Assembly: GCA_964187785.1 (NCBI GenBank)
Contig: OZ076409.1
Location: 2,232,001 to 2,296,000 of the forward strand
DNA length: 64,000 nt
DNA from: Amphiscolops sp. MND2022
Lineage: Eukaryota
Direction: 5' to 3'
Position 1 is the stretch's first letter. Each line of letters starts with the position of its first letter. The position numbers and the translations under genes were made by a program. Below are positions 26,003 to 39,228 of this stretch, in pieces. The notes under the pieces were generated by a model that saw only the letters and a program-made list of their open reading frames with translations, did not search any database and was not told the DNA's origin.

Positions 26003-26814
26003 CTACACCACTCATCATGCTACTACTCATGCTCAAAATCTAATTATTTCTGTTTTCATTAATGTTGCTTGCTGGCCTGTTTCAGACAATTACATTCACT
26101 GAGATTTAAGACATGATGAAGACATAATGAATGATCAAAACTTCCTTTTTGATCAAATTAGGTAAGGTAATCAAGAAAAATTGGTAGGTCGCGGGTTGGA
26201 TCCCAGATAGCGACCAATTTTTTTTTCAATTATAACCCTATAACTAGCATCGCGGTACATATTTGCACCACTTAAGATCTGCGAACTTCTGAAGGCACCA
26301 GCCCACCGTATGGTAAAGAAACTCTTGAATAAGATTTTCAGACAAAACAAGATAGAATTGCACACATTTTCACGGATTGTTGACTTGATGTCTCCAAAAT
26401 CAGAAAAACGGGACCAAAAACTCTATAATACTGGGGACAAGATTATGTCAAAGGGGCCCTAGCAAATTTTGAAACAAGCTGAACTGCAGCCAGAGACACC
26501 ACGCGTGCAAAGTTTTCGTGGAAAGTCCGGAGCCAGTGCAGCGAAGCGGGCCCACAGCCCAGCAGTTTAAAAATTGATTTGAAAGCCCCGATGCTCCTCT
26601 TTCGAACGCTGTATAAATCGTTTGTCGAACTTGAATAGTTTTGGAGATATTGCGGTTTAAAGTTTGAGCACCAGATTTTTGGATGCATCCAGAAAATTCC
26701 ACCTCCATTCCGGGTTAAAGAGTTTTCGTCATTATTATAGATTTCATTCATTTTTGCAACGAATTATATTTTTTTAATGATTGATAAAAAATTCGAGAAG
26801 CAAGATGAGCGTTC

Positions 26815-26979
26815 CTGAAGTGGACGGTGATGTAGAAGAGGTTGTTGAGGATGCAATCGGTGGCCAGAGTACAGCCCCAGCCGGTGGCCCAGCTGAGAGG
26901 GGTCAAGTGGAGGGTGGGGTCACGGCAACATCCAGAGGACCCACTGGTCGCAGCTACAGTGCCGCCCCGAGGCATGAAA
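26815..26979 (-). CDS. fry: furry exon (FMPRGG...GWGCTLATDCILNNLFYITVHF-S), probable GA donor
   Basis: Acceptor ccaccag; GWG...LNNL.Y.T motif; phase-2 end at CAG|GAACGC. Confidence 0.82.
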
Positions 26980-27431
26980 CTGGTGGAAACACGGTCACAC
27001 AGACATTATCAAACACGACCGACTAACCAACTTTACGTCATTCATGCGAAATGAAAATAACAGTTTTTACAGAACAAAATTGCCACCAATTCTAGAGAAT
27101 AGTTAGAAAGCATCTTTTATAAAGATAGTCTTGAAAGTTGAGAAAAAAAACTTCACGCATAGAAACATCGCAGGCATAGCTAAGTTTGTAATCCCTAGAC
27201 ATTCTTCTGTCACGCTTGGATCTCCGAATCTCTTCACTGACATTTCCCCCGTGTCAGGTGCTAACTTTGAATTTTGTCAACACGTGGGATTCCATTTAGA
27301 TAATTGTTACAAAGACTGGATCAATCTGGCTATGATGCTTGGATTTTCAATTTTAAAAAAACCTCAAAAAAGAATCTCAATTGATGAAATCTGTAAACAA
27401 AAAGAATTCACTGGTAAGTTTTATACCTTTT

Positions 27432-27655
27432 CGGGTTGGGGACGATTCGTCCCAAGCGACAATTTGTCCCAAAGTTGAAAAAGCGACAATTCGTCCCAAG
27501 AGGCAGTTCCTCACATTTAGAAAAGGCGATTTTTCAAATGTATTAATTGACAATTAAATTGAGGACGAATTGTCACCTTTTGAAAAATGGGACGAAGACC
27601 CTTGGGATGAATTGTCACTTTTTGGAATTTGAGACGAATCGTCGCTTGGGACACC
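27432..27655. repeat. Foldback-like inverted repeat of gcgacaatt(t/c)gtccc units
   Basis: Tandem units on the left, inverted units on the right; TSD not resolved. Confidence 0.55.
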
Positions 27656-27741
27656 AAAAGTGACACTTTAAATCTAAAGGTCGCAACCACAGCCAAACGA
27701 GGTGGTGTGAAAAGGAGCGAGTTGGTATTGAATGATAATGC

Positions 27742-27937
27742 CTGGTGGTAGCCGAATACTGTTGGTGATTAGGGGGAGGGGAGTTTTTGCCCCCGCTGAC
27801 TGCGATGGGGGAGTTCGGTGTGGGCTGGGGCATGAACGAGGGCTCTGTCAGTTCTATGTTCTCCATCCAGGGCAGCAGACACTTGAGCAGAATCTCTCTG
27901 CCCGCCACTGACGTGTTTTGGAATCTGCAAGAGGCCT
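27742..27937 (-). CDS. fry: furry exon (EASCRFQNTSVAGREILLKCLLPWMENIEL...); 3' end ambiguous (27742 with GC donor or 27760 with GT donor)
   Basis: Acceptor tttttcag; LLPW..NIEL motif; both candidate donors are phase 2 as required. Confidence 0.8.
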
Positions 27938-28748
27938 CTGAAAAACAAAACATGCAAGCACTTAAAAATCAATCATTTCAAGTTCATTAACTTTTGTATG
28001 GTGGATACAAATACAAATCTCGGAAACTAAAATTATTCCGGTGTTCCGACTTTGAAAAATTACGCAATCGGTTGTTTCAAGATCTTTGGACACGCTGTTC
28101 ATAGACTATTTTCAATACATAGGGAACTTTCTGTCATTGATTTCTGTTTAGTGAAGACAAAAAGATATGTCAATGCAATTCGACTGATTACAATGTTCGA
28201 AATTCACAATTTCTCAATCTCGGCTCCATACACGTTCGTTAAGTGTTTGCCATGTCTCTTGATTTGAGAATAACAACGAGGGCAATTTTCGCTGTTTTTT
28301 GGAGTTCGCAGACATTCTGCTGTTAAAACTTGTATGCATGCTGTCAGCATCATCTGTAAATTTCACTTTTCCAGGCTGACAGCAGTGAGAGTGAAGCAAT
28401 TGTTCCTTTGGAGGCGGAGACTTTTGCGCACTACATGGAGCGGCTGATGAAATAGATAGGCAGTAGGACACAGTCAACTAGAGTTTTGACACCGCTAATC
28501 ACCGATGTGGCGAATTAGCGACCGCGCAGAATTATTTCAACGATTCCATTAGCGATTCAAATTAGCGGTAACTAATGGATTGTCCCAATTCAAAGTTTCG
28601 TCAAAATCTTACACGGGGGATTTCAAAAATTTTTTCTTTCCAAGTCTTTTTTTCTGGCAAAAACCAATTTACGTTTACAAAAATAATAAACAGTTACAAG
28701 TTACGAGAGGAGGAAGTTAGTGAACGTATGACAAGACACTTTACCAAC

Positions 28749-28933
28749 CAGAGAAGATTCCGAGAGTGAGTTCGGGTCTGGCGCGACTGAGTTCTTTGGA
28801 GAGGTGGCGCTGGGTCTTGTAGTAGGCAGCCGGAGTGGCAGCCAGGAATGACTCATCTATATCCAGGGCCCCCGAACTGCGCACATCCGAAGCGATGTCT
28901 TCACGCTCTTCGTTCTCGCCCTCTCGCAAATCA
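28749..28933 (-). CDS. fry: furry exon (DLREGENEE...LSKELSRARPELTLGIFS)
   Basis: Acceptor gttccag, donor G|GTTGGT; PELTL.FSE motif spans the junction. Confidence 0.9.
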
Positions 28934-29128
28934 CTGGAACACAAACTACAAGAGTTACCGCTGAAAACTCAAGGCTTATACTCCACCACTACTCAATTGG
29001 ATATTTCAGAACTTTTTTGATTAAATAAATATATCCAATTAGGGCGCAAAATGAGTGTTTCCACTCTTCTAAGTTTGCGTCCTTGAGAACCAAATTTATG
29101 TGCCTTGCTCAATTTCGAGATAATTTAA

Positions 29129-29793
29129 ACAAGCCGGGACCGGCCCAAGTCGGCGCCATACCCAAGGCTCAAAAATAGCAAAAGAACTTCCAAGTGTCAA
29201 TTTACAGTACTCGAAAATCGAAAAGCCAAAAAAAATGGACCGAGTGGCGCGCTAGAAATTGTCAACATTTTTGTCGCAGTTGAAGGGGGGACCCTTTGGA
29301 GAAAAAACAAAATTTCTGAAAGTCTCACAATGCCGAAAAACAAAGGGGACCCTTTGGGAATTTTAAACACCCATTCTGTTGTAAATATCAAACAAACTGA
29401 AGGGGGACCCTTTGGAGAGAAAAGTTTTAGAAAAAAAGTCTCACAATGCCGAAAAGCTGAAAGGGGGATCCTTTGGGGTTTTCCAACATCCATTCTGTCG
29501 CAAAACAGCAAAAAAAATGAAGGGGGAGCCATTTGGGGAAAAAATCGAAAAAAAGTCTCGCAGTGCCGAAAAAAATGAAAAGGGGGACCCTTTGGTCTCG
29601 CCCGGTATGGTATGTTACGGGAAAACCGGTAAAAAACAGTAAAAACCTTTTTGGTTCAGTTCGCTAGGCCAAATAGTGCAATTTGGTGCAATAATATTTT
29701 GTAGAACTTTTAAGAACTATTTTGGTCAATTCGTGTGGATAAAAAAAATAGTCACTATAATAGTCGCGTTTCACTTCATGAAGCGCCGACTAA
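29129..29793. mobile_element. HINE family A copy
   Basis: acaagccgggacc...aagtcggcgcc to agtcgcgtttcacttcatgaagcgccgactaaaa. Confidence 0.78.
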
Positions 29794-31171
29794 AACATTG
29801 AATAGATTTTTGTAGTCTACTATATAGAATTATGAGACGTAAATTGTAAAACTTACGATGGGCCACTTTTAGCCAAATTTAGGACAAAATTGAGGTTTTT
29901 TCCCACTTTTGATATACTTTTGATAAAATTTTTTGAGAAATTTTTTGTTCAATGACTCCCTCTCATTTTACGAAAGCCCTTGATATGTTTGATTCAGAAA
30001 TCATTCTAAAACCGTGAAAAATAAGATGTAAAATTAGGCTTTTCGAAAAAACAAAAGATACGATTTTGAAATTTAACAAGTCAAAAACTTACAACTAAAA
30101 CAATGATGTTTTGGATCGCTCTTTACCAATGAAATGAGCGCGTGAAACGTTTATTAGCCAATGACAATTGTTTATTTGCTCTCTTTCCGCGTGCTATGAT
30201 GCGTTTAATATTATCATTACTTTATAGCTTCGTCAATGTCACGATATACTCGTTGACAGTTATTAGATCATACCTGAACTATTATAATGACGGCAATACT
30301 GTGGACATATATAGAAATTCTATAATAGAATTCTATTATCCGCGACAGTGATTTCGTCCTCAAATGAGGAGCGCGATTTTTTTTGGCATCTAATAGAAAA
30401 TTACTAAACGGAAAAAGCTCATAGGAAAACGAAAATTTGTCTCTTTTATCGACAATCTATTGGACTATCCGGGGTGGATTGTTATTTGTGTCAATTTAAT
30501 TTTTTTACGAGCCACCGGCAAAAAAGTAACTGGAAAAAGTCAAAATTTGAAAAAAATACATTCAAGAAAATTTACTTTTTCTCAATACCTGAGCAACAGT
30601 TTACTTTACAACTGTTTACTTAAGTTACTGTCCCACTCTTAAGTAACACAAAAGACCACCATCGAAAAAGCACGTATAAGGTTTTTCAATGAAGCTTCAG
30701 TTTTGAGTTCGAATGGCATTTGAAAGGCCCGGCAAAGCCGGGGTGGAGCTCTCACACCAACAAGTGGCACCAACTCCCAGTCTAGTGGTTATTGAAAGCT
30801 TAGGTAAAGGGCTTTCAGGAACAGAAAACCGATTTGAGCTGCGGCCATTATTCGTGGAGAAAATAAGCTTTGAAAAAAATATCAAATTTTGTCAAGTTCT
30901 CAACTTTTCGGTGTACTGTCGAGGTTTATAGCCGCAATTATTGAAATGCGTTTGTCCCAAATGCCTTCTTGTCCCAAATTGCAAAGGTGTTGTTGATTGC
31001 TATCTATGCTACCTAGTTCATCATGTTCACTAATTTTCAATAGAATGTTTCGAATTCAGTTTTCCCACAAAAGACAAAATGATTTTGTTCTGAAAGTTAT
31101 AATCTTACTATTATCAAAATTTAAAGCTATGATTATAGTATACGCCATAATAAATTCTATAACCAATGATT

Positions 31172-32137
31172 AAAATAGGCCCCTCCGGGGCACACTATTA
31201 TTTCTACTTTAATCTTTCATTAATAAAATCATATCTGGAATACCAATACACTCCTGTTTATTCATTATTCAGTGCAAAATTGATCACTGCACCAGTTTAT
31301 ACCGCCTTCAATCTTCCTCGGACTATAGCATATATAACTACTAAGCGTATACGAAGTTTCGCATTCGCATTTGAATGCAGGCGAAGCTCTCGGCGAACGA
31401 ATACTAACACTCGTTCGCTTCATCTCAATAACTCGGCGTACGAAAGCATAAATACCACTCGCTCGCTTAATCGCACGAGAATTGAATTGTCGTCGGCAGC
31501 TTAAAAAAAATTTAAATCTCACTGTCGAAAAATATCTGAATTATTCAGTATCGCGACAAGAATTGTACTGAAAAAAGTAGAATTCTTGAGGTTTCAATAA
31601 TATTTCTGCAATCGTAGAATAATAAAAGATACGCCCTCTGGGGCACACCATTATTTCTACTTTAATCTTTCATTAATAATTTTCATCTTTCATCATATCT
31701 GGAATATCAATACACCCCAGTTTAATCATTATTAGGCGCACAATTAAACACTGTACATGTTTACACCGCCTTTAATTCTTCTCGGACAAAAGTAAATAAC
31801 TACTAAGCGTAGACGAAGTAAGTTTCGCATTCGCATTTGAATGCAGGCGAAGCTCTCAGCGAACGAATAATCGCTTCATCTCAATAACGAGAAAGCACAA
31901 TTACGAACATTCGCTCGCTTCATCTCAATGACGTCAGCATACGAATGGATAATTACCACTCGCTCGTTTCATCACACGAGAATTGAATTGTCGTCGGCAG
32001 CTTGAGAAATTTAATTCTCACGCTTATACTCACTGCCGAACAAATTATCTGAATTTGTCAGCACCACGACAAAAATTGTACTGAAAAAAGTTGAAATCTT
32101 GAGATTCCAATAAAATTCCTGCTGTCGCAGGAATATT
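31172..32137. mobile_element. Two tandem HINE family B copies (31172-~31624, ~31625-32137)
   Basis: Head-to-tail repeats of the family B unit with terminal hairpins. Confidence 0.72.
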
Positions 32138-32228
32138 AATAATGGGGTCATCTTTGCTTGCTTCTAGCGATAAGCACCTTCAGAAAACATGATCACCAGA
32201 GTAAACAGATTTGTGTAATGAAACGCAC

Positions 32229-32472
32229 TTGTAGTCTTTTACGAGGTTGTTTCCGTCATGAGCGAGAGCGGCTACGTCTATTGCACTGAGGAGTTTGTTG
32301 CCCAGAAAATACAGCAGTTGCAGTGCCATCTCGCGGATACAGAGGTCACTGCTGTCGGAGAAGAAGAGAGCCAGAAGAACCAGAGAAGCCGCATTTGTGT
32401 CCAGACATTGCAGCTCGTAGCAGTCCATGAGGGAACACACGTTGATGATTGTTTTGAAGCAGGCGTGACTCA
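32229..32472 (-). CDS. fry: furry exon (SHACFKTII...IREMALQLLYFL...VKDY)
   Basis: Acceptor ctttccag, donor AA|GTGCGT; phases 1/2 fit. Confidence 0.88.
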
Positions 32473-32505
32473 CTGGAAAGAAAAATGTTTTTTAGTCTTT
32501 TTTTT

Positions 32506-32928
32506 TAGTCGCGCTTTTCTAGGGAAAAGTGCCTGACTCTTCAGTGGCTAGTTTTTTTTCTTTTTTTTCGTCAGACTACAATCTCACTCTGACACTTTTC
32601 TTACAATCGAAACTACTAAAACTACTACCATAAGGCCAGTCCGGTCAGCGGAAATTAGTACAAAAGGGTCCCCCCTTTCATTTTTTTCGGCATTGTGCGA
32701 CTTTTTTTGAAAATTTTTTAATTGGGTGTTTGTCCCCCTTTCGAGTTTTTTGATATTTTGCAACAGAATATATGTTAATAAAGCCCAAAGGGTCCCTTTT
32801 ACATTTTTCGGCACTATGCGACATTTTCTGAAAGAAAAAAAATCAAAAATTTCAGGTTTTTTTTCAAAAAAAGTCTTGCGCTTTTCGAGCCTTAGATATA
32901 GCGCCGACTTTAGACGTTCCCGTCTTGT
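32506..32928. mobile_element. HINE family A copy
   Basis: tagtcgcgcttttc... to ...gcgccgactttagacgttcccgtcttgt. Confidence 0.72.
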
Positions 32929-33913
32929 TCAACTTTCTTGTGCCAAATTCGTCTTAAAAAGTATATAAATTTATACAGTATCCGACCTAAGACAAAGTTA
33001 AAATATCCCCCGTCGAACTCCCATACATTTATTTTTTGCAAGAATCTTGCAGAAGTGGTACATATCAGATTCTGGCAGATCAGACACTTCTTGCAGATTC
33101 AGACGTTTCTTGCAAGATTCTTGCAGGTCCAGACATTTCTTGCAAAATCAGACATTATCTTCCAAGATACCTGCGAGAATAATGCATTGTCTTCCAAGAT
33201 CTTGGAAGTGAAATCTTTCGCCAGCCAATTTAACTAGCGTTGTCGTTTCATTGCAGGAATTATTTCGAAGTGTATACTATATTCTAGTAGAATGACTTCA
33301 AAATACGAATCGTTTTCATTTTATTTTTATACGAAAAAAAAACGGAAACACGCCGAAACTTGATAAAAGTTTCTTTAAACCAATCAATGAACGGTGTAGG
33401 AATTTTAGTTGCAACCACGGGAAACAATGAGGCTGGTTTAAATTTTGGCCACTGGCTGTGCCTTTGTCAAAGGTATAATTTAGACAATAAAATTTTCATT
33501 TTCTGCCCATATTTCTATATGAGGAAGGATAATTACTGATTGTGCCGCTTTTTTATAAATTTGCCATGTTCCAAGTTTATACCCAAATTACAGTTTCTGC
33601 CATAGAATTAAATTACCAACAATACCCAAATAGTTAAAACGAAACAATCAACTATTCAGTACACTTTTTTCAAGAAAGACCTCAAAATTACCGTAAAAAC
33701 CAAAAATCCGATTTTTGACAATTTACACGCAACTTTTGCATAGTTTCTGAATGTTTTGGTGGGTTGGAATATCCAAACTACTCAAAAAGGAGAGGCTTCA
33801 CAAACAACAAAGTTTTTCAAAAACAACAAAGTCAAGAATCCATTATTTTTTGGCCCTTTTTCCTGTCGCATAAAATGAAATTTTCAAGAAATGTTTTTCT
33901 CTTTTTCTCTCAC

Positions 33914-34136
33914 CAGCCAACGAGTGGAGGTCGAAGCTCTGGGCGAGGAGCCACTTGAAGAGGATAACGTTGGAGGAGTTCTTCCGGAACAGCTTCTCGA
34001 TCGTGCAACAGCCCAGCTCGTACACCTGGCAGTTCTTGGAAGCCAGCATGTAGCTGAGCCAGGTGTAGATGTAGCTGTCTTCACATAAGAACGTGTTCCG
34101 GTCATCCGGCTCGCTTCCCGCCACAGAACACATGGC
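33914..34136 (-). CDS. fry: furry exon (AMCSVAG...YIYTWLSYMLASKNCQVYELGC...FDLHSLA)
   Basis: Acceptor ttgcag, donor G|GTGAGA; FRY-like motif. Confidence 0.9.
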
Positions 34137-34159
34137 CTGCAAATACATATGACAGTTGG

Positions 34160-35397
34160 TACACAAAAAAAATTTCGAAAAAAAGTCTCACAATGCCGAA
34201 AAACTGAAAGGGGGACCCTTGAGTCTCGCCCGGTATTGTGAGATACGCTGAAAAAAGGAATAACTTTTATAGTCCAGTTTCTTGGACCAAATAGTCCACC
34301 TTTCACCTTAAATTTTGTAGAACTATTTTAGTCAGTTCATGTGGATTGAAAAAAGAGTCACTAGTATAGTCGCGTTTCGCTTCATGAAGCGCTGACTAAA
34401 AAATAACAAGACGAGAACGTCCCAGGTCGGTCCAAAAAGCACAAAGTCTCAAATAAACCCTAGTCGAGATTGCTTGAACTTTTTACATGCTGCATGGAAA
34501 CATGCAGGCTAATTTTTATAGAACATGGAAAATTCCGGGACCGTGCATGGAAACATTTTGTAGGATTACAATGCAGCCTTCACTATTTGAATTAAAACTG
34601 AAAACATTTCCACTTCTTCACCGCAGCGATCACTTTGTTTTCACGCGTAAGTTTCTCATGTAAGTACCTTATGTAATCACCGTTAGCCAGATAGCACGCT
34701 GAATATGACGCTACTTTGAAACTTATAATGTGACTGAAATTTGTTTGCATTGAAAGCGCGGTAAAATTGATGACGGCCTCAGCTGCTTTCAAAATTAGAA
34801 CGGCGTCTTTATGAAACCTGCAAAACGTCGCGGCGCAGAATTGCCGCCAAATTTAAGATGCATTTTATAGACAGCTTGATGTAATTAAATCGAATCAGTG
34901 AAGATTTAATGCATGGACATTTCTTTGAGAATTTTATAAAATCATGGAAAATTAGCTTGGTAACCTACAAAAACATGTAAAAAGTTCAAGCAGTTCCAAC
35001 CAGGGAACTCAGAGTCGCTTCACGCAAACTCTCATAAATTTCATAGATCGAAAAATCCTCATGGACTTCCTGTGGCCTCAAAATACGCTGTTCTCAGATT
35101 CAAATCAAACAATAAATCCAATTTGGTGAAAGAAAACCTTTTTACGAAAAAAGTCGCACAATGCCGAAAACTCAACGTGGGACCCTTTGCTACTTTTTAG
35201 CCTTGTTGATGTTTCCAGTTAGTGGTCGTCTCAGATTTGAAATGGCCCTAGATACGTTTTAGACTTGGTTCATGGGGATATGAAGTCACTGAAGATGAAC
35301 AAATTGAACAAAAAAAGTGGATCAATCAGTGTGATCACTGACAAAAAACTTGCCACTGTAAGGGTCGGGCACTTTTTGTTACAAAAACCGACGACTA
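34160..35397. mobile_element. Two HINE family A copies (partial 34160-34399; 34406-35397, interrupted by a MITE)
   Basis: Terminal hairpins at 34368-34399 and ~35363-35397; acaagacgag start at 34406. Confidence 0.6.
34458..35005. mobile_element. MITE with CCC...GGG termini (CMC/EnSpm-like?) nested in a HINE
   Basis: Imperfect ~32-bp TIR ccctagtcgagattgcttgaactttttacatg / catgtaaaaagttcaagcagttccaaccaggg; AA on both sides. Confidence 0.6.
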
Positions 35398-36164
35398 ATC
35401 AAAAAGTCACTGGCTCCGATGCTCAAAAAGGGGACCAGTTATGAGTATTATAAATAAAATAATGTATTTTTTGTCAAATTCTTCTACCAGTTTTTCAAAA
35501 AGAGCCATACAGTAATTCAATTCAAAACTAAAAGACGTATTATTTTTGGCGTTTAAAGATGAAGAAAACTCAGGTACGGTATAAAATGCATTATTCGGTT
35601 CTGATCACTGGTTCGCTGGATAATCCAAGTTTAATTTTCTCGTCTTCTCTCAAATCATGAAACTTTCGAATATGCGCCAAATTCAAACTTTAGTACAAGT
35701 TTGGCACCACAAGTTAGCTAGTGAGCGGCGCAAGAAACTTCCAGCTATTTATTTCATCGTTTCGAATAAGCGGCAACCCAAACATGAGAAAGAAAGACAA
35801 AGCCAAATGCATTCCGCAAAACTCACAATTTTTCCTTTCATACGAACCGCAAATTCGCGAAAAAAATAATTTCATCTCCAAACAGTAGTAGTGATGTCCA
35901 TTTCACGGCGAGCAACATTGATATTAATGCAGTAATTTGAAAATTCTTTTCCACTTGCCAAACTTTTCAGTATTTATTTTATAGATACGGGGACCGTTAG
36001 AGACACTGCAATGAGGATCTCTTCAACTCTTTCCGATTCGACCTCCTTCTAACAACGGGCTCCTTTCGTATTTGTCCTTTCGTATTCGAAACAGGTTCTT
36101 GATCAGCATTAAAAAAGGGGAAATATAAAACTGATTAGTAGTAGTAGTAGTACTAGTTAGTTAC

Positions 36165-36422
36165 CTGTAGTGCAGCCAGCTCCACGTCCGAGTACTGGGG
36201 CTGTTCGACGGAGGGCGGGGCCTTGCCGTTGGCTATCCTGCCGAGGGTGCCGCTCCAGGTGCTGGTGAGGTCGAACAGGGTCCTCTGGATCTCGGAGCTG
36301 AGGGTGCGCCCCGAGACACTGCCCCTGTGCTGCTCGGGGGGCGCCGTGCTGCTGATCATGAAGTGGATCATCTGGGAGAAACACATCTTCATATCTCGCA
36401 GCCCACTCTCCGTCATCTCCGC
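36165..36422 (-). CDS. fry: furry exon (AEMTESGLRDMKMCFSQMI...DVELAALQ)
   Basis: Acceptor aaacag, donor CAG|GTAACT; 86 codons, phase 0/0. Confidence 0.88.
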
Positions 36423-37153
36423 CTGTTTGTTACAATCAACAGAAGACAAATCACTTAGTGAAAGGTGTTGTTTGTCAACAAACTACCACCGCCACAAGAG
36501 ACAAATCTTTCAACTGTACTGGTGTCGGGTGAAATGCCCAATAGAAAAAAAAGCAACTGTAAGGCTGCGGCATTTTTGTAATTAATTCTGACAACGGATT
36601 CCAACTCCGGATTCCAACGGATATAATAATTAGGCCTATTTCGTGCTTTTTGAGTCAGAAATGGCGGCATAATGGTAGATGTTATAACTTATAAAAGGTT
36701 ACGTCACACTATAACAAGTGCCGTTATAACCGACTCACATCGTAATTCTAGTCCGTCCAGTGTTTTGAAAACTGAATCGTGACGCCAAAACACGATACAA
36801 CACCAGTGAACAAGGTTTTACCAAAAACCGCACTTATCGTTTGTTTCGCATATGACTGGCCCTCTAACGCTTAAGCGGCGCTTTTTGGAAGAAAATTTTG
36901 ACTAAGCGAATTTAAGTTTTCAACAGCTCCAATTTTACATTTCGAACTTTTGGAATTTTCGATCGGTTACTCCTTTTTCTCAACTAAGAGGGGCACTTTT
37001 GTTACCAGAATAGCAAAAATTTCTGACCTATCAGATAAGCGCAATTTTCAGTAGTCGTTTTCGCTGTCGACGCTTATTCGGATATTACGTTGCTTTCGCT
37101 TCTTTTGCACTTTCGCTTACAAACGACCTAATACACAGGTTTGACGCACAGAC

Positions 37154-37608
37154 CAGAGATTTGACGCTAATCGCTAATAGCGCCGCTTTAGTGTTAGCGA
37201 AGGATTACATTAGCGGAAATTAGTTAGCGTAATACATATTATTTAGCGACCGCTCAGCGATGGCGTTTTCCTATTGGTAAATTCTCTATAACAACGCTTG
37301 ATTTTGCATCAAACATTACATACATATCACAAATTGTCTCTACATATACTGATTCCTCCCAAAAACTGTTATATATTATCATCTTTATGTACCTTACTAT
37401 GTCTTAAACATATTTTTACACAGTAAACAGTAATGAATTATTTTTCAGATCGATTTTTAAACTTAATGTGAATTAAACTTTTCACTCTAGATTTTAATTA
37501 GCGTTAGCGATTAGCGACTATCAATTAGCGAAGTTGGCGATTAGTGATATATAATTAGCGTTAGTTAGCGATCGATTAGCGAAAAAAAATTAGCGAGTCA
37601 AATCTCTG
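37154..37608. mobile_element. hAT-like MITE rich in ttagcg/cgctaa motifs; related fragments near 28480-28620 and 55645-56102
   Basis: TIR CAGAGATTTGAC; no matching 8-bp TSD. Confidence 0.5.
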
Positions 37609-37658
37609 CAACACCCTAATTCTGATTTTGGGTATTTATGGATACATGTGCAACTGAC

Positions 37659-37923
37659 CTGTGCATGTTCCAAACACTGTTTGTACGAGTCTATGAAGTC
37701 ATGGAAGAAGATGGCCACTGAACTGACGACCCCATTGCTGCCCCTGGTGGCCGAGGTCAACTCGGGGTCAAACAGACACTGGGAGATGACCCCTCGCTCG
37801 GAGATCTTGGCCAGGATGCGCACCAACATCAGTCGCATCTCGGCGCGCTTCTTCACGCGTCTCTTGTCGGGGCGTCTGTCTGTCACTTCACGCACGAGCG
37901 ACGTGAATTCATCAACTGCGTCT
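37659..37923 (-). CDS. fry: furry exon (DAVDEFTSLVREVTDRRPDKRR...CLEHAQ)
   Basis: Acceptor tgtgacag, donor CAG|GTCAGT; conserved RRP..KRR..LR..L.RI motif. Confidence 0.9.
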
Positions 37924-37959
37924 CTGTCACAAAATAATACTCTGCTTAGCTTACAAAAA

Positions 37960-38476
37960 ACAAGCCGGGAACGGCCCAAGTCGGCGCCATATCTAAGGCT
38001 CAAAAATAGCAAAAGGACTTCAAAGTGTCAAGTACTCTCCTCTACAGTACCCAAAAAAAATTCCAAAATTTTTTTGAATTTTTTTGAAGTTTCTGGTAAG
38101 TCGCATTGTACCGAAAAATGTAAAAGGGGCCCTTTGGCTGTTTTTCAACATCCATTCTTTTGCAAAATAGGAAAAAAATGAAGGGTGGACCCTTCGGAGA
38201 CATTAAAAAAATTGCGAAAAAAAGTCTCACAAAGCCGAAAAAAATCTACACAAAAAAATTGGTCAAGGGCGGGACTCGAACCCATGTCCTTCCGCTTGGC
38301 AGACCTCAAAAAGCCGTAACCTCATGCCAGTGTGGTTTAGTGTTAGTGCCAGACAATGTTAGTGCCAGACAGCAGTGTTAGTGCTTACTTATAAAATTTA
38401 TAAAATCTGTCAGTTCGTTGGTCTTAAAAAAAGTCACTACTATAGTCTGCGTTTTTCTTCGAAAAGCGCCGACTAA
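37960..38476. mobile_element. HINE family A copy with tRNA-like B-box segment (~38265-38300)
   Basis: acaagccgggaacgg... to agtctgcgtttttcttcgaaaagcgccgactaaaa. Confidence 0.72.
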
Positions 38477-38847
38477 AAATAACGGACCTGTGTATCGAAA
38501 AAACTTGTGTTGAAAAGGGACTTTGCACTTTAACTACGTCGTCAGTAGACTAGAGGAGATTCATAGGAAAAGTTACTGTAGCTTCTCCTGAATTCGGTCT
38601 CTGGGTTTTCAATATTCCGCTTAGTTTTGTTCTCTGGCTATATTGCTGTCACGAAACTAGGATCATTCAGAAAAAAAACTTTTTAGAAAAGCGAAAACAT
38701 ATTAGACACAACTCAAGTTCTGTTGCGTGTGTTGAGTCTTGCATGGAGCGAGCTTGTGTCTTTGGAAGTCTCTTATGTTGAAATTTGTTTCATGTATTTC
38801 TTTCACCGAAATTATCGCTCATATCATTCAACAGAAAAATTAAATTA

Positions 38848-39228
38848 TGATTTTCCGACCCCACATTTTATAAATGGGGGAGGAAAATCATGATCTGTGA
38901 CGCGTTTTTTTTCCAAATTTTGCCAAATCTCCACAATCACCTTTTGATTACTTGACTATTTTATATAGCTACTAGTAACTAAAATAGTCAAGTAACTAAA
39001 ATAGCATACAGGGGGAATAATATCTAAAGTTAAAAAAAGGAATAAGATCTAAAGGGAATAAGATCTAAAATTTCAGGGCGGGAATAAGATCTAAAAGGAA
39101 TAAGATCTAAAATCACTAAATTTTAGATCTTATTCTTTAGATCATATTCCCCCTCCATAAATAGCTATAACTCAGTTCGTGAAGGCGAACAGGGCGGAAA
39201 ATATCCCGGTGCTTAGCAGGCGTCTTGT
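38848..39228. mobile_element. HINE family D copy with a small inverted-repeat insert of ggaataagatctaaa units (~39008-39158)
   Basis: Reverse orientation relative to 24967-25236; ends ggcggaaaatatcccggtgcttagcaggcgtcttgtt. Confidence 0.6.
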
